64,000 bases of DNA from an uncultured bacterium (GTDB taxonomy: Bacteria > Patescibacteriota > Minisyncoccia > UBA6257 > 2-01-FULL-56-20). The stretch's first letter is position 1. The number at the start of each line of letters is the position of its first letter. The DNA lies in the NCBI GenBank assembly GCA_963696395.1, contig CAVOJZ010000002.1:134433-198432 (forward strand), given 5' to 3'. A program made the position numbers and the translations under genes. Below, in pieces: positions 15,833 through 25,331 of this stretch. A model generated the notes under the pieces. That model was not told the origin of the DNA and searched no databases. It saw only the letters and a list, made by a program, of their open reading frames with translations.

Positions 15833-18800
15833 ATGTCTAAATTCACCCATCTTCATACGCATTCCCATTACTCCCTCCTCGACGGACTTTCAAAAATTCC
15901 CGAACTTGTAAAACGGACGAAAGAGCTCGGCATGGACTCTATCGCGCTCACCGATCACGGCGTACTCTACGGTGCCGTCGAATTTTATAAAGCCGCAAAG
16001 AAAACAGGTATCAAACCCATTCTCGGCGTCGAGGCGTACGTCGCACCCCGCGACCGCTTTTCAAAAGAAAACAACGAACGCTATTACCATCTCATCCTGC
16101 TCTGCGAAAACAACACGGGATGGAACAATTTAATCAAACTGGTTTCAAAGGCCCATCTTGAAGGGTTCTATTATCGCCCACGGGTAGACAAAGATCTGCT
16201 CCGCGAACATCATGAAGGACTCATCGCGCTCTCCGCGTGCCTTGGCGGAGAAATCGGGAGCTGTCTCCTCGCGGGCAAATATGAAGAAGCGAAGAAATGC
16301 GCACTTGAGTATCAGGAAATTTTCGGCAAGGGAAATTATTTCCTCGAGGTACAAAAACATCCGCATGTTGCAGATTCGGAAAAAATTGAACCTCTCCTCG
16401 TAAAACTTTCCGAAGAAACGGGCATTCCGCTCGCTGCCACACAGGACAGCCATTACCTGCGATCGGAAGACCGCGACTATCACGACGTGCTCCTTGCCGT
16501 GCAAACCGGCAACAAGCTTTCGGACGATGATCGCATGACCATGCGGGAAGATGATTTTTCGGTTCTCTCGCCGGAGGCAATGGCGGAGAAATTTGCGGCG
16601 ATCCGGGGCGGAATGGCTGCCGTGGAACGGACCGCCGAAATTGCGGCGCGGTGCTCCGTTGAACTTGAACTTGGGAAGACGCTGCTCCCCGACTTCCCGA
16701 AGCCGGAGGGCAAAACGGCGAACGACTACCTCCGCGAACTGACGGAGGAACGATTACCGAAAAAATTCCCACTCGAGAAACAAACCAAAGAGATGCGGGA
16801 ACGGTTGGAGTATGAAATGGGCGTGATCGAAAAAACCGGCTTCGCCGACTACTTCCTTATCGTTCAAGACCTCATCTATTGGGCGAAGATGCACGGTATA
16901 GCCGTCGGCCCCGGCCGCGGATCCGCAGCAGGAAGTCTGGTTTCGTACGTGCTTGATATCACCGATATCGACCCATTGCGATACGGCCTCCTTTTTGAAC
17001 GATTTCTGAACCCGGAGCGTATCCAGATGCCGGACATCGACATTGATTTTGCGGACACGCGGCGCGACGAAGTGCTCGCGTACGCCAGCCAAAAATATGG
17101 CGAAGATCACGTTGCCCGGATCATCACCTTTGGAACCATGGCGGCTCGGGCGGCAATCCGCGATGCCGGAAGGGCGATGGGATACTCGTATGCCTTCTGC
17201 GACCAGATCGCAAAGCTCATCCCCTTCAATCCGACGCAGGGCATGAAGGAAGGCTGGCTCGACGAATGCCTGAAGCGCGTACAGGAATTAAAAACACTCT
17301 ACGACACGAATCCGGAAGCGAAGAAGCTGATTGAAACCGCGCGGCACCTCGAAGGCGTGGCCCGCCATGCGTCGGTGCACGCGTGCGGCACGGTGATCGC
17401 CAAAGAACAGCTCGTGGAACGCGTGCCGCTTCAATTCGCGCCACAGGAAAAAGAGATCATCATCACGCAATTTGAAATGCACGCCATCGAAGATCTTGGT
17501 CTGCTGAAAATCGACTTCCTCGGACTTAAGAACCTCACCATTATTGAAGAGACTATTCGCATCGTCAAAGAACTCCACGGCGGCGAACCGATTAATATTT
17601 CGAAAATTCCGCTCGACGACAAGAAGACGTACGAACTCCTCCAACGTGCCGACACCACCGGCGTATTCCAGTTTGAATCAAGCGGCATGCGACGCTACAT
17701 GAAAGACATCAAACCGACCGAGCTCGAGGATCTCATCGCACTCGTGGCCCTTTTCCGCCCGGGGCCGATGGAACTGATTCCGTCATTCATTAAACGCAAA
17801 AATGGCAAGGAAAAGATCTCCTATCTTCATCCCAAGCTGGTCCCGATTCTCGGCACAACTTACGGCATCGGAGTTTACCAGGAACAAATGATGCAAATCG
17901 CCCGCGACCTTGCAGGCTACACCCTCCCTGAAGCAGACACGCTTCGAAAAGCGATCGGCAAAAAGATTAAATCCCTCCTCGATGAACAAGGCGAAAAACT
18001 GACGAGCGGCATGATCAAAAACGGCATTCCTCCGAAGGTCGCAAAAGAAATCTGGGAACTCTTCCCGCCATTTGCGCGCTACGGATTCAACAAATCCCAT
18101 GCCGCATGCTATGCCATGATCGGTTACCAGACCGCTTACCTCAAAGCCAACTATCCGGAAGAATTCATGGCAGCGCTTCTGAACGCCGAAATGAGCGACA
18201 TCGAACGCATCTCATTTCTCATCCAGGAGGCAAAGCAGGCCGGCCTCACCATTCTGCCCCCGGACGTTAATCGTAGTTATGTAAACTTCGCCCCCGAAGG
18301 CGAAAAAATCCGCTTCGGACTTCTCGCCATCAAGAATGTCGGTTCGGAGATTACCCGCGCGATCATCGAGGAACGCGCCCGCGGCGGGCCATTCCAAAAC
18401 TTCGAGGAATTCCTTATGCGAATCCAGCATAAAGACCTCAATAAGAAATCGCTTGAAAGTTTAACCAAGAGCGGCGCCTTTGATTCGCTTGGGCTCGAGC
18501 GAAAACAAGCACTCGAAAATATGGAAGAAATCCTGAAGTTTGCGAACGCCATGAAACGAGGCGCGGGTGCGGGACAGTCAAATTCCCTTTTCGGCGATGC
18601 CACGCCAAAATTCAACCTCAAACTCAAGCCGAGCGCCCCGGCAACACCAGCGGAAAAACTTTCCTGGGAAAAGGAATTGATCGGATTCTTCATCTCCGAC
18701 CATCCGATGAATGCGCACTCAGCGGCGATTAAACATTATCAGGCACGCCCGATTGCCGAACTCGCGAGCATCACCGATGAGAAAAAAATTGTGCGGACGG

Positions 18801-19039
18801 CGGGGCTCGTTTCGAAGATCCACAAAATATTCACGAAGAGCGGCCAGCCGATGATGTTCGTCACGATCGAAGACACCTCACAACAACCCATCGAGCTCGT
18901 GGTCTTTAACAGCGTCCTCGAAAAGACATCCGCGATCTGGACTGATAATGCCGTGGTTGTGGTTGAAGGAAAAATCTCCCGGCGGGACGGCGAACTTAAG
19001 ATGATCTGCGAAAAAGCGAAGCGATTGGAAGAAGCTTAA
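15833..19039 (+). CDS. dnaE: DNA polymerase III alpha subunit
   Basis: PHP domain HLHTHSHYSLLDG, polymerase core and OB-fold regions. 1068 aa. Confidence 0.95.
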   Translation: MSKFTHLHTHSHYSLLDGLSKIPELVKRTKELGMDSIALTDHGVLYGAVEFYKAAKKTGIKPILGVEAYVAPRDRFSKENNERYYHLILLCENNTGWNNLIKLVSKAHLEGFYYRPRVDKDLLREHHEGLIALSACLGGEIGSCLLAGKYEEAKKCALEYQEIFGKGNYFLEVQKHPHVADSEKIEPLLVKLSEETGIPLAATQDSHYLRSEDRDYHDVLLAVQTGNKLSDDDRMTMREDDFSVLSPEAMAEKFAAIRGGMAAVERTAEIAARCSVELELGKTLLPDFPKPEGKTANDYLRELTEERLPKKFPLEKQTKEMRERLEYEMGVIEKTGFADYFLIVQDLIYWAKMHGIAVGPGRGSAAGSLVSYVLDITDIDPLRYGLLFERFLNPERIQMPDIDIDFADTRRDEVLAYASQKYGEDHVARIITFGTMAARAAIRDAGRAMGYSYAFCDQIAKLIPFNPTQGMKEGWLDECLKRVQELKTLYDTNPEAKKLIETARHLEGVARHASVHACGTVIAKEQLVERVPLQFAPQEKEIIITQFEMHAIEDLGLLKIDFLGLKNLTIIEETIRIVKELHGGEPINISKIPLDDKKTYELLQRADTTGVFQFESSGMRRYMKDIKPTELEDLIALVALFRPGPMELIPSFIKRKNGKEKISYLHPKLVPILGTTYGIGVYQEQMMQIARDLAGYTLPEADTLRKAIGKKIKSLLDEQGEKLTSGMIKNGIPPKVAKEIWELFPPFARYGFNKSHAACYAMIGYQTAYLKANYPEEFMAALLNAEMSDIERISFLIQEAKQAGLTILPPDVNRSYVNFAPEGEKIRFGLLAIKNVGSEITRAIIEERARGGPFQNFEEFLMRIQHKDLNKKSLESLTKSGAFDSLGLERKQALENMEEILKFANAMKRGAGAGQSNSLFGDATPKFNLKLKPSAPATPAEKLSWEKELIGFFISDHPMNAHSAAIKHYQARPIAELASITDEKKIVRTAGLVSKIHKIFTKSGQPMMFVTIEDTSQQPIELVVFNSVLEKTSAIWTDNAVVVVEGKISRRDGELKMICEKAKRLEEA

Positions 19040-19047
19040 CGAATAAA

Positions 19048-19981
19048 GTTCAATAGCTTGTAATCAGTTCGGCGATTTTTTCTTGCGGCGTTTTCATGTC
19101 GAGCCCCATGTGGGGCCGTTCGGTATTGTAGTAGTGGAGATATTCCGGCAGTTCCTTTTTCCACAATGAAAGGTCGCGGGGCACTCGCTTGATATATTCA
19201 TCTTGGATCGTGCGGTTGAACCGCTCAAGGTGGGCATTGTCGTTCGGCGTGCGGATCCGCGAATGGCGATGGGAAAGGCCACGCGCCACGAGCTGCTTGG
19301 TGAACCATTTTGAAAACTCTGATCCGTGATCCGACTGGATCGTTTGAAAGGCAAAGGGTGATGCAATCTGCCCGTATTGCACGAAGGAGAGGCTGCGATG
19401 GGTATTGATCCGCAAGGATGGGATCGCATATGCCCAGCGCGTGCAGACATCGATGAGCGTGTAGAGATACAGCTGGTTGCCCGAGGGACCCACATGCACG
19501 GTGTCGATTTCGACGAGCACACCTGGTTTTTCAGGCAGTGGTCGCGGCGGGTACGTGTGCCACTTCTTCCATTTCGAGGGATACGTGAGATGATAGCGCC
19601 GCAACGTCCGCTTGACCGATGAGAGGGAGACCGCAACGCCATCGCGCGTGAGCATCATATGGAGCACCTCAGCGCATCGATGATATTTTTCACGATATGC
19701 GAGGATGGCATCAACCACATCTTCTGAAAGTTCACGTGGATGATGATGTGGTTTTGATGACCGCGTGGGGATGATCCGCGCCATGCGGTTTGCAGGTGCC
19801 CGCTTCATCCATTGGACGATCGCCCCCTGGGAGAAGCCAAGATGCCGCGCGACCTTTCTCGTCGACCATCCTGACCGCACCAAACGCACTGCCTCCATGC
19901 GGACATGGGGCAACTGCTCGTTATTTGAATATGCCATATCCATAGCTTGAATCACTCAGGGGTGATTACAAGCTATTGAAC
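19048..19981 (-). mobile_element. IS481-family-like insertion sequence (about 934 bp)
   Basis: 19-bp terminal inverted repeats GTTCAATAGCTTGTAATCA (19048-19066) and TGATTACAAGCTATTGAAC (19963-19981) bracket a single DDE transposase ORF. Subterminal near-repeat CCATAGCTTGAATCA at 19940-19956. Confidence 0.8.
19050..19955 (-). CDS. IS481-family DDE transposase (rve integrase core)
   Basis: N-terminal HTH, then D...D...E catalytic region (VEIDTVHV ... TIQSDHGSEF ... NAHLERFNRT) and C-terminal ...YNTERPHMGL. Confidence 0.85.
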   Translation of the reverse strand: MIQAMDMAYSNNEQLPHVRMEAVRLVRSGWSTRKVARHLGFSQGAIVQWMKRAPANRMARIIPTRSSKPHHHPRELSEDVVDAILAYREKYHRCAEVLHMMLTRDGVAVSLSSVKRTLRRYHLTYPSKWKKWHTYPPRPLPEKPGVLVEIDTVHVGPSGNQLYLYTLIDVCTRWAYAIPSLRINTHRSLSFVQYGQIASPFAFQTIQSDHGSEFSKWFTKQLVARGLSHRHSRIRTPNDNAHLERFNRTIQDEYIKRVPRDLSLWKKELPEYLHYYNTERPHMGLDMKTPQEKIAELITSY

Positions 19982-20059
19982 CATTACGCTTAATTGACAT
20001 TCTCTCGATAAGGTGGTATAAATGCCAATAGTGGTTATTTTGAAATTAAGGAGCATGTA

Positions 20060-20389
20060 ATGCGAAAGCCCCCGCCTGTAAACTTCGACAACTTCCCAAC
20101 CAAGGATCCTTCCCCCGAACTGTATTTTCAGATGAACGAAGAAAGAGCGATCTTGGAAGATGTCGTCTCTAAGGTGCTCACCAAGAGAGAACGAATTGTT
20201 TTCTCCCGGAGAAAGGCGCTTTTCAACGAGGGTGTCGACGCCATGAGAGAGATCGCTCGAGATCTCCACATCAGCATCGAAAAAGCTGACGAAATCATGG
20301 ATCACGCAGAAAGAAAGATCGCAAAGCATTTCAAACGGATCAAGAGCCCTCTTGCCGTGCAGTTCCCGCTCAAAACGAAAACCGCCTAG
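20060..20389 (+). CDS. Sigma-70 region 4-like HTH protein (109 aa, stand-alone)
   Basis: LTKRERIVFSRRKALFNEGVDAMREIARDLHISIEKADEIMDHAERKI resembles sigma-70 region 4 / LuxR-type HTH. No sigma region 2 present. Confidence 0.5.
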   Translation: MRKPPPVNFDNFPTKDPSPELYFQMNEERAILEDVVSKVLTKRERIVFSRRKALFNEGVDAMREIARDLHISIEKADEIMDHAERKIAKHFKRIKSPLAVQFPLKTKTA

Positions 20390-20416
20390 GAGCACTTGAG
20401 CTTATCGTTCTCTCCA

Positions 20417-20452
20417 ACCACCCCGCGTGCAAGTCGCGTGGTGGTTTTTTAT
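20417..20452 (+). terminator. Intrinsic terminator (ACCACCCCGCG-TGCAAGT-CGCGTGGTGGT plus T6)
   Basis: 10-bp stem with one mismatch, followed by TTTTTTATTT. Overlaps the lysS stop on the other strand. Confidence 0.6.
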
Positions 20453-21900
20453 TTGCCTTTCGGCCGCATGAGCGGGAAGAACACCGTCTCGCGAACCGGC
20501 TTATCCATCAAGATGGCGAACACGCGCTCCGACATTCCGAAACCGGCGGTCGGCGGCATTCCATATTCCAAGGCTTTCAAAAAATCATCGTCGAGATGCA
20601 TCGCTTCCAAGTCCCCTTTCTCGCGAAGCTTCATTTGCGCTTCGAATCGCTGGCGCTGATCTTGCGGATCGTTCAGCTCGGAATAGCCATTGCCAAGCTC
20701 GCTGCCGCACGCCACAATCTGGAACCGATCGGCAACCTCCGGATTTTCCGGAGATGCCTTGGAAAGCGGTGAAACAATGAGTGGGTGTCCAACCAGGAAG
20801 CATGGCTCGATAAGTTTGGGGCGAACGGTCTTCTTATAGATAAGGTCAATCAAGCGTCCTTTTTGCAATCCCTTCTCGGGAGCAAGTCCCAATTCTTTTG
20901 CTTTCGAAAAAAGCTCTTCGTGGGTAGCAGTGGTTGGATCAAGACCGGCTTCTTTCTTGAATGCCTTCACGTAATCAACCTCCGGCCACGGTTTGTCCCA
21001 GTCAATGTGATAACCGAATGAAGCGGTTTTCAAACCGCCTGTTGTCCGCTCGATTACAAACTTCAGCATTTTCTGCGTGAGCGTCATCATGTCCCGGCAA
21101 TCGTGATATGCCCAATAGCATTCCATGAACGTGAAGTCCTGCAGATGCTCGCGGTCAATCCCCTCATTCCTAAAGACACGGCCGATTTCAAAAATCTTTT
21201 CGAACCCTCCGGTGACCAATTTTTTCAATTGAAGCTCAAGCGAAATGCGGAGGAAAAATTCCGTATCAAGCGCATTGTGATGCGTGCGAAACGGCTCCGC
21301 TTCGGCGCCGCCGGCCATGGATTCGAGCACGCTCGTTTCTACTTCCAGAAATCCCTCGTTCTCCAAGAACTCACGGACGCTCGTCCAGAAAATCGCTTTT
21401 TTTACAAAAAGATCCTTCACTTCAGGATGAGCGATGAGGTCGAGATATCGCTCGCGCAAGCGTGTCTCGATATCTTCCAAACCTTCCCACTTGTCCGGCA
21501 ATGGGGTGAGCGACTTTGAGGCCATCTGCACGTGGTGCGCCTCAATGCTTCGTTCGCCGCGCTTTGTCACAAAAAGCGGCCCGGTGGCGGAAATAAAATC
21601 ACCGATATCAATCACTGAGCGCCAGAACTCCAAATCTTTTAACTCTTCTCCTTTGAATACAACCTGAATTTTTCCCCGACCGTCTTCAAGATCCGCAAAC
21701 ATGATCTTCCCCTGGTCGCGCAGGTTTCGGATTCGCCCCACGAGCGAGATGCTTTCTTTGCTCTTTTCAATCTCGCTGAAATGATCGAGTGCGTGCGAAA
21801 TCGAGAAGCTCCGCTTTACGCGAGCCGGATACGGGTCAAGCTTTGCCTTTCGGATAACCTCAAGCTTTTTACGTCGTTCTGCGAGAAGATCTTCGAGCAT
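20449..21900 (-). CDS. lysS: Lysine--tRNA ligase (class II)
   Basis: N-terminal OB anticodon-binding domain. Class II motifs including FRNEGID (motif 2) and GxGxGxERL-like motif 3. 483 aa. Confidence 0.95.
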   Translation of the reverse strand: MLEDLLAERRKKLEVIRKAKLDPYPARVKRSFSISHALDHFSEIEKSKESISLVGRIRNLRDQGKIMFADLEDGRGKIQVVFKGEELKDLEFWRSVIDIGDFISATGPLFVTKRGERSIEAHHVQMASKSLTPLPDKWEGLEDIETRLRERYLDLIAHPEVKDLFVKKAIFWTSVREFLENEGFLEVETSVLESMAGGAEAEPFRTHHNALDTEFFLRISLELQLKKLVTGGFEKIFEIGRVFRNEGIDREHLQDFTFMECYWAYHDCRDMMTLTQKMLKFVIERTTGGLKTASFGYHIDWDKPWPEVDYVKAFKKEAGLDPTTATHEELFSKAKELGLAPEKGLQKGRLIDLIYKKTVRPKLIEPCFLVGHPLIVSPLSKASPENPEVADRFQIVACGSELGNGYSELNDPQDQRQRFEAQMKLREKGDLEAMHLDDDFLKALEYGMPPTAGFGMSERVFAILMDKPVRETVFFPLMRPKGK

Positions 21901-21904
21901 GGAT

Positions 21905-22657
21905 TTATAAATAATTTACGGGTATGCTTCCGAATTTTGTCTTAGTGATGACGACGTGATCAAGCAAGCCGATACCAAGAATTTCTCCGGCTTTCACAAT
22001 TTGTTCGGTAATTGCGATATCGGCATCGCTCGCTTTAGCGATACCCGATGGATGGTTGTGAGCCAGGATAACCGCTGACGCAGAGTATTCAAGCGCCGGA
22101 CGAAACACTTCGCGTGGGTGAATAATATTTGAAGTCAAACTCCCGATGGAAATCACTTCGTCGTGAATCAACCGATAATGGTTATCAAGATACAATCCTC
22201 GCAGATGCTCTTTTGGAAGATCGCGCATATCTTTTAAGTATTCAAAGACCTGACTCGCGGTGCGAATAGTAATCGGCTTCCGGATGTCAGCGTTCTTGAA
22301 AAAACGCCTTCCAAGTTCAAAACATGCAACAAGCTGACATGACTTTACGAGCGGAATTCCAAGGGCCTGTTGAACTTTTTTTGGATCTTTTTGATGAATA
22401 ATCGCGTTGCTGCCATACTCTTTCAATAACCGTCGCGACATCGTAAGAACTTCCTCCTTTTTTGTTCCGACATTCAGGACAAGCGCGAGTAATTCCTCAA
22501 GGGTAAGAACCTGAGGCCCGTATTTCATAAGCTTCTCGCGAGGTTTTTCGTTTGCGGGTAAATCGCGAAGTTTTAAAACATATTCCTTGTCTTCATCAAG
22601 AATGGCGTCACCGGATTTTTGAAAATATAATTGTTCCATTCGATACTTGGTTATCAT
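21905..22657 (-). CDS. radC: RadC-like JAB/MPN domain protein
   Basis: N-terminal HhH region. C-terminal JAMM-like motif ...ILAHNHPSG... Confidence 0.85.
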   Translation of the reverse strand: MITKYRMEQLYFQKSGDAILDEDKEYVLKLRDLPANEKPREKLMKYGPQVLTLEELLALVLNVGTKKEEVLTMSRRLLKEYGSNAIIHQKDPKKVQQALGIPLVKSCQLVACFELGRRFFKNADIRKPITIRTASQVFEYLKDMRDLPKEHLRGLYLDNHYRLIHDEVISIGSLTSNIIHPREVFRPALEYSASAVILAHNHPSGIAKASDADIAITEQIVKAGEILGIGLLDHVVITKTKFGSIPVNYL

Positions 22658-22659
22658 TT

Positions 22660-24777
22660 TTATAGTATACCAGATGCAACAACATCAGGCTGTATTGAGG
22701 GCAACAGGCGAATCACAAAGGAACTCCCTTCGCCAATAACACTGGTTACGCTGATCGTCCCACCGTGCAATTCAATGATCTCCCGGCAAATATTTAGCCC
22801 AAGCCCGTTCCCTCGAACTCCGCTCCCCGGTATTCGATAAAATCGTTCGAAAAGATGAGGTATGTTTTCTGCTGAGATGCCAGCTCCGGTATCTCGGACA
22901 ATAATTTCCACAAAATCGCCATTTCTTTGCGCTGAAAGCGTTATCTCACCGCCGGCTTTCGTGTGTTTCAGGGCGTTACTCATAAGATTTAGTACAACCT
23001 CTTTTATCTTCCGTTTATCCCCGACAATTGGAGCGACATTAACCGAACACGACACCCTGACCCTCTTCGCTTCAGTAAGCGCGAAGCAATCTTCATAAAC
23101 GTCGCGCACCAATTCTCCCACATCGAACCGCTCTTTCTGAAATTTATTTTTAGAAAAATTTAATCTCGCAGTTTCCAAAAAATTTGAGACCAAATGCGAC
23201 ATGCCATCCAACGTATCCCGCATGACACGCAACGAGCTTCCCATATGCTGCGCCGGACTACTCTCGGCCAGCTCCAAATTCCCTTCAAGGATCGCTATAG
23301 GTGTCTGAAGTTCATGGGAAATATCCACTAAAAATTGCTCCTGAGTGCGATACACTTCCCTTATCTCCTTCGTTCTTGAGGCAACAATATTTTCCAACTC
23401 TTCATTGTTTTTGCGTATCGATTCATATAGTCGGGCGTTATCGATAGCCATCCCCGCTTGATGTGAAAGAATCGACAACAACGCAATATCTTTTGGCCTC
23501 AGAATATCGCCTGACAATTTCTTGCCCAACAATAATGTGCCTATGATCGTTTCTTTTACAAGAAATGGGACAGCTGCAGAGAAGTCGCGCTTTTCGAGCG
23601 CACAGGATAATCGGGAGTCTTCCCGAGATGCGTTCGTTTCTGCGGCCTGGGCGAGAATTATTTTCTTTGACGCAGGAATCCCGGCGTCAACGATTTCTGC
23701 ATAAAAATCGATAATTGGCTTATCATCCCGCAAATCTCGCTGATGAATAAAGAATGTTGGTGCATCTGCATGGTTGATCAGGAAAAATACCTTCGCTGGC
23801 TTAATGGTTTTGATTAAAAAATCGTCAATCGCTACTACGAGTGCATTGAGCTCAATGGTGGAGCTTAGGACGGGACCAAGTGAGCGAACAGCCTCAGCGT
23901 AGTCGTAATCAGCTCGGAAAAAAATCCGATCCGTGACCTTGGTAAAAACATTTTTAAGCCACGCAAACAATATAAAGCCGATCGTCGCCGCAACAATATC
24001 AACGACTTCATCGTTATAATAAAATTTCTCGATAATAAATTCGAAACTAAAGAAAAAAAGCGCTGCGAGAACAATAATGGCAAAATAAACAACGCTCCGC
24101 TTAATAATGACTTCGATGTCCAAAAATTTGTGCTGAACGATTGCGTATGCCGCGCAGACAACAAACGCGATAGACGACAAAGGTCCAATTGTGTTAAAAG
24201 AAAAAACCTTGAAGGCCGGAAACACGACGTCGCAAAGAAGTGCGGTGCAGAAAAATACAACGGCGCCAAACAAAAAATATCTCGCTTGAACACGACGAAT
24301 TCCCTGACTTCGGGCAACTGTTCTACCTAGATAATAAAATCCGGTGAAAACATAACCAATCATCACCATAGCAAATAGTGGAAACCATTGCCCATTTTCT
24401 GGGCGGATGTAACCGTGATTATTGAAATTAATGCTGCTTATAAATACATGGAATGGTGTAAGAACTACGATACCAACCCATGGAAGCAAGAACAAAAGCG
24501 ACCTTGATCGCAGATCGTCATTTGGAAATGTCCGCGCAAATACCGTGAATCCCAAGACAGCCAATTCGCCACACAACAAGGAAATGGTTGCGAAAATAAA
24601 CTTGCTGGTCGCAACAAGAGACATCATTCCGAATATCCATCCGGCGATCCCGATGGCTATAATAAAAAACGCCCGGTGAATGATGCTTCTCGGATTTTTG
24701 TAAAGCACATAACTTCCAATTGCGGCATTGAGTGATCCAACTATCACGTTCAATCCGGCGAGTACAATCATATTCAT
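22660..24777 (-). CDS. Sensor histidine kinase with large polytopic N-terminal membrane domain
   Basis: At least 10 predicted TM helices. H-box DISHELQTP. HATPase_c motifs (N-box NLMSNALKHT, G-boxes DTGAGIS, GLGLNICREIIELHGG). No response regulator adjacent. Confidence 0.85.
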   Translation of the reverse strand: MNMIVLAGLNVIVGSLNAAIGSYVLYKNPRSIIHRAFFIIAIGIAGWIFGMMSLVATSKFIFATISLLCGELAVLGFTVFARTFPNDDLRSRSLLFLLPWVGIVVLTPFHVFISSINFNNHGYIRPENGQWFPLFAMVMIGYVFTGFYYLGRTVARSQGIRRVQARYFLFGAVVFFCTALLCDVVFPAFKVFSFNTIGPLSSIAFVVCAAYAIVQHKFLDIEVIIKRSVVYFAIIVLAALFFFSFEFIIEKFYYNDEVVDIVAATIGFILFAWLKNVFTKVTDRIFFRADYDYAEAVRSLGPVLSSTIELNALVVAIDDFLIKTIKPAKVFFLINHADAPTFFIHQRDLRDDKPIIDFYAEIVDAGIPASKKIILAQAAETNASREDSRLSCALEKRDFSAAVPFLVKETIIGTLLLGKKLSGDILRPKDIALLSILSHQAGMAIDNARLYESIRKNNEELENIVASRTKEIREVYRTQEQFLVDISHELQTPIAILEGNLELAESSPAQHMGSSLRVMRDTLDGMSHLVSNFLETARLNFSKNKFQKERFDVGELVRDVYEDCFALTEAKRVRVSCSVNVAPIVGDKRKIKEVVLNLMSNALKHTKAGGEITLSAQRNGDFVEIIVRDTGAGISAENIPHLFERFYRIPGSGVRGNGLGLNICREIIELHGGTISVTSVIGEGSSFVIRLLPSIQPDVVASGIL

Positions 24778-25163
24778 TTCTTAACTGGTATTACACATTA
24801 ATGATACGGCATGCTTTCCGCGTACAAATCATAGATGATCGCTTGCGAGACTGTTTTTTAACTTTTGTGATAAGGCATTATTTTCACCTCATAAAAACGT
24901 CATTGCTAGCGCCGATCTTTAGCTATCGCACCTTTTCAATTGACAATAATTTTGCTGCCAATTCAATTGGCACACTGTCAAAAACCACACTTGAAATCGA
25001 ATACCCGTGACCCCAGCATGGCATTTGGCCAATTATAAGTGTATAAGACGAAGATTAAAAAATGATTAACTGTGATTTGACGAGGTAGTTTCTTGCGCTA
25101 TCATAATAATCGGACGGGAGATCTGTAGGAACTACGGATTATATTCTCCGCTTGGTACAAAAA

Positions 25164-25191
25164 CAGCCGCCTCGTGCGGCTGTTTTTGTTT
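25164..25191. terminator. Bidirectional intrinsic terminator (CAGCCGC-CTCGT-GCGGCTG with T-runs on both strands)
   Basis: Plus strand: hairpin then TTTTTGTTTT. Minus strand: hairpin then TTTTTGT. Located in the 550-bp gap between mnmA and the histidine kinase gene. Confidence 0.55.
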
Positions 25192-25331
25192 TAATTTTAA
25201 ATAAATTTAATCTGATCAATCTATCATCAGACCGCCTGTGGAAACGGGCCCGTCGTTCATGCAGTAGGATCCCGTCTTTACCAAGCGGAGAAGCGGGTGC
25301 AAGTCCCGCCGGGTCCACAGGCAAGCAAAGA

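Noticed and set aside
16221-16772. 183-aa minus-strand ORF inside dnaE
   Set aside because: Antisense to dnaE; Arg/Pro-rich nonsense composition.
19981-20060. Target-site duplication for the IS481-like element
   Set aside because: Flanks (CGAATAAA versus CATTACGC) show no convincing direct repeat, so none is reported.
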